A stretch of DNA of 64,000 bases from an uncultured Candidatus Rokubacteria bacterium (GTDB taxonomy: Bacteria; Methylomirabilota; Methylomirabilia; Rokubacteriales; CSP1-6). Shown here one piece after another: positions 23,788-33,732 of this stretch; the first letter of the stretch is position 1; the number at the start of each line of letters is the position of its first letter. The stretch lies in NCBI GenBank assembly GCA_963789955.1, contig CAWBMV010000036.1, forward strand, positions 32,001 through 96,000. The letters run 5' to 3'. The translations under genes were made by a program, and so were the position numbers. The notes beneath the pieces are model-generated. The model was not told the DNA's origin. It saw nothing but the letters and a program-made list of their open reading frames with translations, and searched no databases.

Positions 23788-24624
23788 GTGAGCAGAGTCT
23801 GCTGGGGAATTTTTCGCGAGTCGACCCATTCGCCGGGCCGCGAGTCCGACGACACGGAAATTCTGAGGCTGACCGGCAAGCATCTGGAAGCGAAGGGCTT
23901 TCACGTCGAGCTCAAGACCGCGGACGAGGTGACCGAGGCCACGGAAACCGGGCCGCGCTTCGTCTTCCTCATGTGCGAGCGGGTCGAGGTGCTCGAGCGC
24001 CTGCGGGCACTCGAGGTGAGCGGCGTGCCCCACGTGAACACCCCCCGCGCCGTGCACAACACCTATCGTGACCGGATGATCGCCGTGCTCGACGAGGCGA
24101 ACGTGCCCTTCATCCCGAGCCGCATCGTCGCCACGAGCGAGACGCCGGAGGCGAGCCCGCAGCCGCTGTGGGTGAAGCGTGGCGACGTCCACAATACGCA
24201 GGAGGGCGACGTCGTTCGCGCGTCGACGGCCGCCGCAGTCGAGGCCGCGCTCCGCGGGCTCGCCCAGCGCGGGATCAAGCGCGCCGTGCTCCAGCCGCAC
24301 GTCGAGGGCGACCTGATCAAGTTCTACGGGATCGGCGCCGGCGGTGGGCCGCATCGCGAGCCGCCCTGGTTCCGTTGGTTCTATCACAAGGACCAGAAGC
24401 TCTCCGGCAACCCGCTCGACCAGCGTCAGCTTGCGCGGCTCGTCCGCCGCGCGGCCGCGGCACTCGGCCTCGAAGTGTACGGCGGCGACGCGATCGCGAC
24501 GCCGACCGGTGAGCTGGTGCTCCTGGACGTGAACGCGTGGCCGAGCTTCGCGCTCTATCGCGACGAGGCCTCCGCCGCGATCGCGTCGTATCTGGCGCTT
24601 CGATTCTCGGGAGGCAAGCGTTGA
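23788..24624 (+). CDS. ATP-grasp-fold protein of unknown function
   Basis: VN......N..R, LWVKRGD, LQPHVEGDLIKFYG, LGLEVYGGD, LDVNAWPSF. Confidence 0.7.
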   Translation: MSRVCWGIFRESTHSPGRESDDTEILRLTGKHLEAKGFHVELKTADEVTEATETGPRFVFLMCERVEVLERLRALEVSGVPHVNTPRAVHNTYRDRMIAVLDEANVPFIPSRIVATSETPEASPQPLWVKRGDVHNTQEGDVVRASTAAAVEAALRGLAQRGIKRAVLQPHVEGDLIKFYGIGAGGGPHREPPWFRWFYHKDQKLSGNPLDQRQLARLVRRAAAALGLEVYGGDAIATPTGELVLLDVNAWPSFALYRDEASAAIASYLALRFSGGKR

Positions 24625-25950
24625 CCGAACGGCGTGAGGTCGGACCGCGGTCGCAGAAGATCGTCACTCAGGAACGTAAGCACCTGGCATCGGGCTCCCA
24701 GGGCTTTTCGCTCTACGCGGGCCTCGCGATGGCGCGCGGTGTCGACTGCACCTTGATCGACGAGGACGGCAACGAGTACATCGACTTCATCGCCGGCATC
24801 GCGGTCGGGAGCATCGGTCACTGCCATCCGCACTACGTCGAGGCGCTCAAGCGTCAAGTCGAGCAGATCACCTTCGGCAGCTTCACCACCGAGATACGGG
24901 CCAAGTTCCTCGACCTGCTCGGTTCGGTCACGCCCGAGGGGCTCACGCGCATCCAGATGTTCTCCGGCGGCGCCGAGGCGGTCGAGGCCGCGCTGCGGCT
25001 TGCGCACGCCGCAACCGGCAAGAGCGAGGTGCTCGGGTTCTGGGGCGGCTTCCACGGCAAGACCGGCGGCGTGTTGCCGCTGCTCGGCAGCGAGTTCAAG
25101 CACCACCTCGGGCCATTCATGCCGGGGCGTTATTCCTCGCCGTACGCGGACTGCTATCGCTGCCCCCTCAAGCTCCGGTACCCGGACTGCGGGATCGCTT
25201 GCGCGGAGTTCGCGCGCGACGTCATTCGCTACCAGACCGCCGGCGAGATCGGCGCGATCATCGTCGAGCCGATGCAGGGCACGGCGGGCAACATCATCCC
25301 GCCGGAGGGATTTCTGCGCGCGGTCGCCGGGATCGCTCGCGAGCACGGCGCACTGTTCATCGCGGACGAGATGATCACCGGCTTCGGACGAACCGGGGCG
25401 ATGTGGGGCGCGGAGCACGACGGTGTCGTGCCCGACATCATGACCGTCGGGAAAGGCGTCGGCGGCGGTTATCCGCTCTCGTGCGTGATCTCGACCGACA
25501 AGATCACGTCGTCGAAGCCCTGGTCCAATCCGAGCGCCAGCTCGTCGAGCTATGGCGGCAGCCCGCTCGCGTCGGCCGCCGGCCTCGCCGCGCTCGAGAT
25601 CATCTTGAAGGAAGATCTAGTCAAGAACGCCGAGCGCGTGGGCAAGGTCATGCTCGGACGGCTCGAGGAGCTGAAGGAGAAGTACCGGTGTGTCGGCGAG
25701 GTGCGCGGGCGCGGTCTGATGCTCGGCATCGAGCTCGTGAGCGACCGGGCGACCAAGCAGCCGCTGCTCGAAGACGGCCACGCAGGCGCTCTACCAGGAA
25801 TGCCTTCGCCGTGGTCTCGTCGCGATGACCTACGCGCCGTCGGTTCGCCTCAACCCGCCGCTCACGATCAAAGAGGACGCGGCGCTGGCGGGACTCGCGA
25901 TCCTGGACGAGGCGCTCGAGGTGGTCGTCAGAGATCACGGGCTTCGATAG
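24621..25950 (+). CDS. Class III PLP-dependent aminotransferase, frameshift near 25770
   Basis: D.DGNEYIDF, SGGAEAVE, FHGKT, IVEPMQG, ADEMITGFGRTG, PDIMTVGKG (PLP Lys), VRGRGLM. Confidence 0.92.
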
Positions 25951-25951
25951 G

Positions 25952-26983
25952 ATGCAGCGCGGCGCGATCATCGGCCTGGGCAACGTCGCCCTGCACGGCC
26001 ACCTGCCAGGCTGGCGACGTCGTCGCGACGTGCAGATCGTCGCGGTCACCGACGCGCGGCCCGAGCAGCACGCGCTCGTCTCGGCTCATGCTCCCGGCGC
26101 GCGCTGGTACACGACCTCCGCGGAGCTCCTGGCCGAGGCGTCCGTCGATTTCGTGGACATCTGCACGCCGCCGAGCAGTCACGCCACGCTGATCCGCGGA
26201 GCGCTCGAGCGCGGCCGGCACGTGCTCTGCGAGAAACCGCTGGTCAGCGCCCCCGACGATCTGGGGCCGCTGGCCCGTCTGGTGGAGCGGACCGGCCGCG
26301 TCCTCTATACGGTCCACAACTGGCACCACGCGCCCATCGTGCGCCGCACGGCGGAGCTGATCCGGGAAGGCCGCATCGGCCGGGTCAAGCACGTGATCTG
26401 GCACACCCTGCGCACCCGGCCCGCGCTGGCCGGCGACGAGCGCAGCGGGAACTGGCGCGTCGATCCGGCCGTCGCGGGTGGGGGCGTGCTCTCCGATCAT
26501 GGATGGCATGTGTTCTACGTCATCCAGCGCTGGATCGGCGAGCCGCCGCTGTCGGTGAGCGCCCGGCTGGAGCGGCGGCGACACGTCACGTGGGACGTCG
26601 AGGACACCGCGACGGTGCGCGTGACCTATGCCGGCGCCACCGCCGAGATCCTGTTGACGTGGGCGTCGGACGTCAGGCGGAACTGGGCCGAGGTCGGCGG
26701 AACCGCCGGAACGCTCGAGCTGCACGACGACACGCTCGTGCTCAAGAGCGGCGACCCCGGCGTAGATGCCTCGTGGCCGTGCCCGCCGCCGATGTCGGAC
26801 GGCTCGCATCACCCGGACTGGTTCGATGCGGTGGCGAGCCAGTTCCTCGCGGAGACGACGGGGGCGGTGCCGCGCGGCGCGAATCTGGCCGAAGCGCGGC
26901 TCTGCGTCGCGCTCGAGCATGCGGCGCGTGAATCGAGCCGGCAGGGCGGCCGCGAGATTGCGATCGCGGGAGTCCCGGTCTGA
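25952..26983 (+). CDS. Gfo/Idh/MocA family NAD(P) dehydrogenase
   Basis: IIGLGNVA, ICTPP..H, LCEKP, GGGVLSDHGWH, VEDTA. Confidence 0.9.
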   Translation: MQRGAIIGLGNVALHGHLPGWRRRRDVQIVAVTDARPEQHALVSAHAPGARWYTTSAELLAEASVDFVDICTPPSSHATLIRGALERGRHVLCEKPLVSAPDDLGPLARLVERTGRVLYTVHNWHHAPIVRRTAELIREGRIGRVKHVIWHTLRTRPALAGDERSGNWRVDPAVAGGGVLSDHGWHVFYVIQRWIGEPPLSVSARLERRRHVTWDVEDTATVRVTYAGATAEILLTWASDVRRNWAEVGGTAGTLELHDDTLVLKSGDPGVDASWPCPPPMSDGSHHPDWFDAVASQFLAETTGAVPRGANLAEARLCVALEHAARESSRQGGREIAIAGVPV

Positions 26984-27003
26984 CGACCGCGGTCTCGGTC
27001 TCC

Positions 27004-28164
27004 GTGCAGGCGGAGGACAGTCTGCTGGTGGTCGTGCCGCCCGAGCCTGGGACCGCGACCAGCGTGACGCCCGACACCGTGGTCGCGGGGCTTCCGCTGC
27101 TGCGCCGCATCGTCCTGGCCGGCTCGCGCGCGGGGTTCTCGCGTGTGCTGGTGCAGAGCGGTCACGACGACGCCGAGCGACTGCTCGCCGGCACGACGGC
27201 GCGCGTGCTGAGCGGCGCGCCGCCGCCCGACTCGCGCCGCCGGATCGTCATCCTCCCGGCCAACGTCGTGCCCCAGGCCAAATGGCTCCGGGCGCTCCGC
27301 GAGGCCGAAGTCGAGCCCGAGCGCGTCTACGCCGACGGACAGCTCGCCGCGATCATCGACACCGACGACCCGGCGTTCGTGCTCGCGGCCGCGACGCAAT
27401 GCCGAGACATCGGCGAGCTCATGGCGACGTTGCGCGTCCGGTTCGACGAGGCCAAGCTCGAGGTCGACGAGACCGGGCGCTTCCCGCTCTCCGAAGCGGC
27501 CGACACCCGGCCGGCCGAGACGTGGCTCCTGCGAAGCCTGATCAAGCAGCGCGAGGGCTTCATGTCGCGCCACTTCGAGCGGAAGATCTCGCTGGCGATC
27601 ACGCGCCGGCTCGCGTTGACTCGCGTCACGCCCGACATGATGACCGTCGTGAGCGTGGGGATCGGGCTGCTCGGCGCGCCGTTCTTCCTGTCGGAGTCTC
27701 CCGTCTACCAGCTCGTCGGGGCCCTCCTGTTCCTGACGCACTCGATCCTCGACGGCTGCGACGGCGAGCTCGCCCGGCTCAAGTTCATGGAGTCGCCGCA
27801 CGGCGCGATCCTCGACTTCTGGGGCGACAACGTCGTCCACGTCGGCGTCTTCTCCTGCATGGCGGTCGGTCTGAGCTTCGCGCAGGACGCCACCTGGCCG
27901 CTGGCGCTGGGCGCGCTCACGGTCATCGCGACCCTCGGCGCGGCCGCCTGCCAGTCACGCGACATCATGCTGGACACGGCGGTCGGCGGCGACGCCAGTT
28001 GGATCGCGCGCTTCGCCGAGGCGTTTTCTTCGCGAGACTTCATCTATCTGGTCATCGCCATGTCCGCGTTCGGCAAGGCCCACTGGTTTCTGATCCTCGC
28101 GTCGATCGGCACGCCGATTTTCTTCGGTCTCCTTCTCTGGGTCGGGGCGCGGCGGCGCGCCTGA
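27004..28164 (+). CDS. CDP-alcohol phosphotransferase with N-terminal degenerate nucleotidyltransferase-like domain
   Basis: TPD.MT, DGCDGELARLKFMESPHGAILDFWGD = DxxDGxxAR-x8-GxxxDxxxD; N-terminal VAGLPLLRRIVLA..RAG. Confidence 0.9.
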   Translation: MQAEDSLLVVVPPEPGTATSVTPDTVVAGLPLLRRIVLAGSRAGFSRVLVQSGHDDAERLLAGTTARVLSGAPPPDSRRRIVILPANVVPQAKWLRALREAEVEPERVYADGQLAAIIDTDDPAFVLAAATQCRDIGELMATLRVRFDEAKLEVDETGRFPLSEAADTRPAETWLLRSLIKQREGFMSRHFERKISLAITRRLALTRVTPDMMTVVSVGIGLLGAPFFLSESPVYQLVGALLFLTHSILDGCDGELARLKFMESPHGAILDFWGDNVVHVGVFSCMAVGLSFAQDATWPLALGALTVIATLGAAACQSRDIMLDTAVGGDASWIARFAEAFSSRDFIYLVIAMSAFGKAHWFLILASIGTPIFFGLLLWVGARRRA

Positions 28165-28170
28165 GTCGCG

Positions 28171-29745
28171 GTGGCCGGGTTCGTCGACGTTCTGCTCCGA
28201 GGGCTTGCCCTGTGCGGCCAGGCGGTCGCCATCGGCGGCGTGCTCTTTGCTCTGCTCTTGCTGCGTCCGACCCTCGGCGAGGGCGGTGCTGCGCGCGCGC
28301 GGCTTGTGCGCAGCCTCTGGCTGACAGCGCTTGGGGCCGCGGTCGTCGCCGTCGCCCAGGGCCTCTCGCTGGGGGTCCAGCTCTCCGTCCTCGGCGATAC
28401 CGCGGGCGGATGGCCCATCGCCGAGGTCGCTCGGACGAGCTTCTTTCGTGCGGGCATCGTCCGCATTCTGGCCTGCGTCGGGCTCGTGCTCGGATGTGCG
28501 GCTCTGGTCAAGCGTCCCGAGCCACGTCTCTGGTGGATCGCGCTCGCCGGGCTGACGGTGCTCCTCGGCGCTGGCAGCGCGTGGACGAGCCACGCCGCCG
28601 GCCGTCTCGGGCCCCGCGCCGTGCTCCTGATCCTCGACGCGCTGCACCAGCTCGCGGCCGGCGTGTGGATCGGCGGGCTGCTCCATCTGACGATCGCCGC
28701 GTTCTCACGCGCGGAGAGCGGGTGGTCGGGGAGTTTGCTCAAGCGCTTCTCGACGATGGCCTTCATCTCGGTCGTGATTCTGGTCCTCGCGGGTGTGGGA
28801 CTCACGTTCTCCTACGTCGACAGCCCGGGCGCGCTCCTCGGCACCTCCTACGGCAGCATGATTCTCACGAAGGTCGCGATCCTCGGCGGAGTCTTGCTCC
28901 TGGGCGCGGCCAACTTCTTCGCCGTGCGACGTTTGCCCGACTCCGCCAACGTCTCGGTGGCGCGGCTGCGGCGCTTCGTCGAAGTCGAGTTCGGCCTGGG
29001 TGCGACGGTGCTGTTCGTCGCTGCGTCGCTGACGTCGTTGCCGCCCGCGGGTGACGTCGTCGCCGACCGCGCCTCGCTCGCCGAAGTCGGCGTCCGGTTC
29101 GCGCCGCGCTGGCCCGCGCTCACGTCGCCGAAGATCGCGGATATGCCGGTGGACGACCGCAACGCGCCGCGGACCGACGCCGACCGGGCATGGTCGGAGT
29201 TCAATCACCACTGGGCGGGGCTCTTCGTGCTCGCCATGGGCCTGCTGGCTCTCGTGCACGCGACGGGACGCGCGCGATGGGCGCGACACTGGCCGCTCGT
29301 GTTCCTCGGCCTCGCGGGCTTCCTGCTCGTTCGCAACGATCCGGGCGCGTGGCCGCTCGGGCCGCTCGGATTCTGGGAGAGCATGCGCTATCCCGAGGTG
29401 TTGCAGCATCGCATCTTCGTCCTGCTGGTCGTCGCCTTCGGCATCTTCGAGTGGCTGGTCCGCACCGACCGCGTCCGCGTCCACGGAGCCGCGCTCGTTT
29501 TCCCGCTGCTCTGCGCCGTCGGCGGCGGGCTGCTCCTCACGCACTCGCATGCGGGCTTGAATCTGAAGCAGGAGTACCTGATCGAGATCACGCACGTCCC
29601 CCTGGGCGTGCTGGCGATGATCACGGGGTGGTCGCGCTGGCTCGAGCTGCGCCTGCCGGCGCCGTCCGGCCGGCTTGCCGGGCGCATCTGGCCGGTCGCG
29701 TTCACGTTGGTCGGCGTGTCCCTCATCCTCTACCGGGAAAGCTGA
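28171..29745 (+). CDS. CopD-family polytopic membrane protein with His-rich C-terminal TM domain
   Basis: TSHA, LHQLAAGVWIGGL, RFS, TSYG..L.K, VEVE motifs; C-terminal WSEFNHH, QHR, HSH, THVP. Confidence 0.72.
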   Translation: MAGFVDVLLRGLALCGQAVAIGGVLFALLLLRPTLGEGGAARARLVRSLWLTALGAAVVAVAQGLSLGVQLSVLGDTAGGWPIAEVARTSFFRAGIVRILACVGLVLGCAALVKRPEPRLWWIALAGLTVLLGAGSAWTSHAAGRLGPRAVLLILDALHQLAAGVWIGGLLHLTIAAFSRAESGWSGSLLKRFSTMAFISVVILVLAGVGLTFSYVDSPGALLGTSYGSMILTKVAILGGVLLLGAANFFAVRRLPDSANVSVARLRRFVEVEFGLGATVLFVAASLTSLPPAGDVVADRASLAEVGVRFAPRWPALTSPKIADMPVDDRNAPRTDADRAWSEFNHHWAGLFVLAMGLLALVHATGRARWARHWPLVFLGLAGFLLVRNDPGAWPLGPLGFWESMRYPEVLQHRIFVLLVVAFGIFEWLVRTDRVRVHGAALVFPLLCAVGGGLLLTHSHAGLNLKQEYLIEITHVPLGVLAMITGWSRWLELRLPAPSGRLAGRIWPVAFTLVGVSLILYRES

Positions 29746-29747
29746 TC

Positions 29748-30719
29748 CTGCGCTACGTTCGCGTCGCGCTCCTCGTGCTCGGCGTGGCGCTGCTCGCCGC
29801 GCTCGTCGCGCAGAACGATCCGGCGGTGGTCCTCGCGTCGATCGCCGATCTGCACTGGCGGCTCGCCGTCATCCTGTGCTTTCCCGCCGTGCTCGTCGCG
29901 CTGTTCGACACGCTCGGCTGGCGCTATGCCTTCATGCGCGAGATCGTTCCGTTCCGCGCGCTCGTCGCGTCCCGGCTCGCCGGCGAGGCGTTCAACATGA
30001 CGACGCCGACCGCCGCGGTGGGCGGGGAGGCGGTCAAGGCCTGGCTGCTCCGCGGGTACGCGCCGCTCGACGCGACGCTCGCGTCGGTGATCGTCGCCAA
30101 GACAACGATTACGCTGGGTCAGGGGCTGTTCTTCCTGCTGGGGGTCCTGGTCGCGTGGGAGACGGGCCTGGCCGGGTCGACGTTGCTCTACGGCATGCTG
30201 TGGTTCCTGGTCATCGAGGCGATCGTCCTGGGGCTGTTCGTTCTGGTCCAGATGCGCGGCATGCTCGGCTGGACGGGGCGGCTGCTCGAGCGGCTGGGGA
30301 TTCGCCCGGCGAAGGTTCAGGCGATGTTCGGCCGCGTCGACGACTCGCTCGGACAGTTCTACCGGACCGCGCCGGGCCGGCTCGGTCTCTCGATCGGGTT
30401 TCACGCCATCGCCTGGGCCCTGGGCGCGGTCGAGACGTGGCTCATCCTGAAATTCCTCGGCAGCGAGGTCTCGCTGGCAACCGCCACCGTGATCGAGGCG
30501 TTCGGCACGGGCATCAAGGTGGCGACCTTCCTGGTGCCGGCAAGCCTCGGCGTGCTCGAGGGCGGCTTCGTGGCCACGGCCGCGACGTTCGGGCTCTCCG
30601 CCACCACGGCGATCTCCTTCAGCCTGGTGCGGCGCCTTCGCGAGGCCACGTGGGTCGCGATCGGCCTGGTCGCGTTCGCCGCGATGCGTCCCCGGGAGCC
30701 CAGAACCACCTCGGACTAG
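29748..30719 (+). CDS. Flippase-like membrane protein (lysylphosphatidylglycerol synthase TM / UPF0104 family), start approximate
   Basis: GWR, GEAFN.TTP...GGE.VK, PASLGVLEGG, SLVRRLRE. Confidence 0.8.
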   Translation: MRYVRVALLVLGVALLAALVAQNDPAVVLASIADLHWRLAVILCFPAVLVALFDTLGWRYAFMREIVPFRALVASRLAGEAFNMTTPTAAVGGEAVKAWLLRGYAPLDATLASVIVAKTTITLGQGLFFLLGVLVAWETGLAGSTLLYGMLWFLVIEAIVLGLFVLVQMRGMLGWTGRLLERLGIRPAKVQAMFGRVDDSLGQFYRTAPGRLGLSIGFHAIAWALGAVETWLILKFLGSEVSLATATVIEAFGTGIKVATFLVPASLGVLEGGFVATAATFGLSATTAISFSLVRRLREATWVAIGLVAFAAMRPREPRTTSD

Positions 30720-30772
30720 GTCCCCCTATAAAGCCGTTCCCTTGCGCGGTCCGTTGTTAGAATTGGCTCCCG

Positions 30773-32257
30773 ATGAGCGCCAAATGTCTGGCCGGTGCCC
30801 TGATCGTGCTCCTGCTCGCCTCGACGGGCTGGGCGGCGACGGCGCTTCTCCCCATCGTGACCCACGACGGGCGCCCGTACGTCGAGCTGACGCGGGTGGC
30901 CGCCTCGATGCAAAGCAAGGGCTCGCCGCCGGCCAAGGTCGTCGCGACCCCTGCCAGCACGCGAGCGCAGCTGCGCGCGGGGGACCAGGTCGTCACGCTC
31001 ACGCGCAACTGGTCGCAGGTGCTGGTCAACGGTAAGCCGGTCGTGCTCGACGCGCCCGTGCGGGTGAAGGGCGGCGTGTGGCTGGTGCCCGAGTCCTTCA
31101 TCGGCCGGATCGTGCCGACCCTGGTGGCGAGCGCGGCGCCGGGCCCGACGAGCGCGCGCTTCGCGGCCGCGCCGCCCGAGGTCAACCTGGAAGACGTGCG
31201 GGTCAGATCGTATCCGTCGTTCACGCGCATCGTCGTCGAGACGTCGTCGGCCGTCACGCATCGCATCGAGTCGAGCGGACCCAAGGAAGCGCGGGTGCGG
31301 CTCGTCGGCCTCGGAAGCGGCGCGCACAATCAGGAGATCGGTGACGGGCTGATCTCGGAGGTGCGCGTGGATCGCGCCGGGTCCGACGCGCTCCTGCGCG
31401 TGGTCTACGAGGGCACCGCCGGGACGCTCCGCGCCTCCACCCTGGCCGATCCGCCGCGTATCGTGCTCGACGTGGCCCGGCCCGTCGATCCGGGTGCCCG
31501 CGAGGGCCGGGAGCAGCTCACCCCGCTGAAGACGATCGTGCTCGACGCCGGCCACGGCGGCCACGACTCCGGCGCGACCGGGCCGACCGGCCTCATGGAG
31601 AAGGATCTGGTGCTCGACGTCACGCGCCGCGTGGCGAAGCTCGTCGCGGCGCAACTGGGCATGAAGGTGCTGCTCACGCGGGACTCCGACAATTTCGTCA
31701 CCTTGCGCGACCGCACGAGCTACGCGAACAAGCAGCACGCCGATCTGTTCGTCTCGATCCACGCGAACGCCCACCGAGAAGCCGCCGCCGATGGGGTCGA
31801 GACGTACTTCCTGTCGTCGGAGGCCACGGACAGCGCCGCCCGTCAGGTGGCCGCGCTCGAGAACGGCGTCGTCCAGCTCGAGCAGCCGACCGGCCGCGGC
31901 GCGGGCCAGATGGACATCGTGAAGGCGATCCTCTGGGACCTGGCGCAGTCCGAGTTCCAGGTCGAGTCCTCGCGCCTGGCCGAGGTCGTCCACGACTCGA
32001 TGACGCAAACCCTGAGAATCTCGAACCGCGGCGTGAAGCAGGCCGGGTTCTATGTTCTGGGCGGCGCGGCGATGCCGGCCGTCCTGCTCGAGATCGGCTT
32101 CGTCACGAATCCCAGGGAAGAGCGGAAGCTCAAGGACACGAAGTACCGGGACGAGATCGCCCGCGCGATCTTCTCCGGCCTCGCCGAGTACAAGCGCGCC
32201 TGGGACCAGCGGGCGCGGGCATCGGCCGAGACCCCGACGGTGACGCGAACCCGATAG
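30773..32257 (+). CDS. N-acetylmuramoyl-L-alanine amidase (AMIN + Amidase_3)
   Basis: Signal peptide, RIVVE/RIVLD AMIN motifs, [28 protein letters not shown]. Confidence 0.92.
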   Translation: MSAKCLAGALIVLLLASTGWAATALLPIVTHDGRPYVELTRVAASMQSKGSPPAKVVATPASTRAQLRAGDQVVTLTRNWSQVLVNGKPVVLDAPVRVKGGVWLVPESFIGRIVPTLVASAAPGPTSARFAAAPPEVNLEDVRVRSYPSFTRIVVETSSAVTHRIESSGPKEARVRLVGLGSGAHNQEIGDGLISEVRVDRAGSDALLRVVYEGTAGTLRASTLADPPRIVLDVARPVDPGAREGREQLTPLKTIVLDAGHGGHDSGATGPTGLMEKDLVLDVTRRVAKLVAAQLGMKVLLTRDSDNFVTLRDRTSYANKQHADLFVSIHANAHREAAADGVETYFLSSEATDSAARQVAALENGVVQLEQPTGRGAGQMDIVKAILWDLAQSEFQVESSRLAEVVHDSMTQTLRISNRGVKQAGFYVLGGAAMPAVLLEIGFVTNPREERKLKDTKYRDEIARAIFSGLAEYKRAWDQRARASAETPTVTRTR

Positions 32258-32261
32258 CGCC

Positions 32262-32993
32262 ATGGCTCGCCCCGACGGCCGCGCCTCCGACCAGCTTCGT
32301 CCCGTCACGATCACGCGGGACTACCTCCTTCATCCGGAGGGCTCCGTGCTGGTCGAGTTCGGCGCGACGAAGGTCATCTGCACCGCGTCGGTCGAGGACA
32401 AGGTGCCGCCCTTCCTGAAAGGTCAGGGCCAGGGCTGGGTCACCGCCGAATACGCGATGCTCCCGCGATCGACCAACACGCGGACGACGCGCGAGAACCG
32501 CGGCCCGAGCGGACGCTCGCAGGAGATCCAGCGGCTCGTCGGACGCGCGCTCCGGGCGGTCATCGATCGGAGCAAGCTCGGCGAGCGCACGGTGTGGGTG
32601 GACTGCGACGTGATCCAGGCCGACGGCGGCACCCGGACCGCGGCCATCACGGGCAGCTTCGTCGCGGTGGCCGACGCGATCTCCCGCGTGCCCGTCCTGC
32701 AGCCGTCGGCCGCGATCCGCGACTGCGTCGGCGCGATCAGCGTCGGCGTCGTGCACGGCCAGGCGGTGCTCGATCTGAACTACGTCGAGGACTCGAGCGC
32801 CGAGGTGGACATGAACGTCGTCATGACCGGCGCCGGCGAGTTCGTCGAGGTGCAGGGCACCGCCGAGCAGGTGCCCTTCGGCCGCGCCCGGCTCGACTCG
32901 CTCCTGGCGATCGCCGAGGCGGGCATCCGCCGCCTCGTCGCGCTCCAGCGCCGCGCCCTCGAAACGCGTGCCGAGCGCGTCTTCACCCTCTAG
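32262..32993 (+). CDS. rph: Ribonuclease PH
   Basis: [45 protein letters not shown]. Confidence 0.97.
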   Translation: MARPDGRASDQLRPVTITRDYLLHPEGSVLVEFGATKVICTASVEDKVPPFLKGQGQGWVTAEYAMLPRSTNTRTTRENRGPSGRSQEIQRLVGRALRAVIDRSKLGERTVWVDCDVIQADGGTRTAAITGSFVAVADAISRVPVLQPSAAIRDCVGAISVGVVHGQAVLDLNYVEDSSAEVDMNVVMTGAGEFVEVQGTAEQVPFGRARLDSLLAIAEAGIRRLVALQRRALETRAERVFTL

Positions 32994-33579
32994 ACCGGTT
33001 CTCGTCCTCGCCACGCTCAATCCCGCCAAGGGACGCGAGCTCGTCGCGCTGCTCGGTTCGGTCCCGTTCGAGATCCGGATGCTGGCCGACATTTCCGGGG
33101 CCCGCCTCCCGGAGGAAACGGGGGCGACGTATGCCGAGAACGCGCTCGTCAAAGCGCGCGTGGCCGCGGAGCTGACCGGTGCCTTGGCCCTGGGCGACGA
33201 CTCCGGGCTCGAGGTCGACGCGCTCGACGGCGCGCCCGGCCTCCACACGGCGCGGTTCGGCGGCCCGGGGCTCGACGATCGAGGCCGCTGGGCACTCTTG
33301 CTCGAGCGGCTCCGCGGCGTGCCGGCGCCGCGCCGGACCGCGCGCTTCCGCTGCGTGATCGCGCTGGCGGGCGGGGGACGCCCCGAGACGGTGGTGGAGG
33401 GCGTCGCCGACGGCGTGATCGCTGAAGCGCCGAGAGGCGGCCAAGGCTTCGGCTACGACCCGGTGTTCTTCTATCCGCCGCTCGGCCGGACCTTCGCCGA
33501 GCTGACGGACGAGGAGAAGGCGCGCGTGAGCCATCGCGGTCTCGCGCTGACGGCGGCCCGGCGGCTTCTGAGCGGGTGA
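32968..33579 (+). CDS. rdgB: dITP/XTP pyrophosphatase (Ham1)
   Basis: [38 protein letters not shown]; follows rph. Confidence 0.93.
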   Translation: MPSASSPSRPVLVLATLNPAKGRELVALLGSVPFEIRMLADISGARLPEETGATYAENALVKARVAAELTGALALGDDSGLEVDALDGAPGLHTARFGGPGLDDRGRWALLLERLRGVPAPRRTARFRCVIALAGGGRPETVVEGVADGVIAEAPRGGQGFGYDPVFFYPPLGRTFAELTDEEKARVSHRGLALTAARRLLSG

Positions 33580-33617
33580 TATAGTCAGACCCGAACCGAT
33601 TCGAACGCGCTTGCCGA

Positions 33618-33694
33618 CGGGGTGTGGCGCAGCCTGGTAGCGCACCTGCTTTGGGAGCAGGGGGCCGGAGGTTCAAATCCTCTCACCCCGACCA
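33618..33694 (+). tRNA. tRNA-Pro (anticodon TGG)
   Basis: CGGGGTG/CACCCCG acceptor, CCTGC-TT-TGG-GA-GCAGG, GTTCAAAT, CCA. Confidence 0.97.
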
Positions 33695-33732
33695 TTCTTT
33701 CCGCATGACCGTCTCTTCCGCGGAGGTCCGGG

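Noticed and set aside
22354..30719. Lipid operon as an ssrA-integrated genomic island or as a phosphonate cluster
   Set aside because: No integrase, no duplicated ssrA 3' end spotted, composition looks like the core, and there is no PEP mutase.
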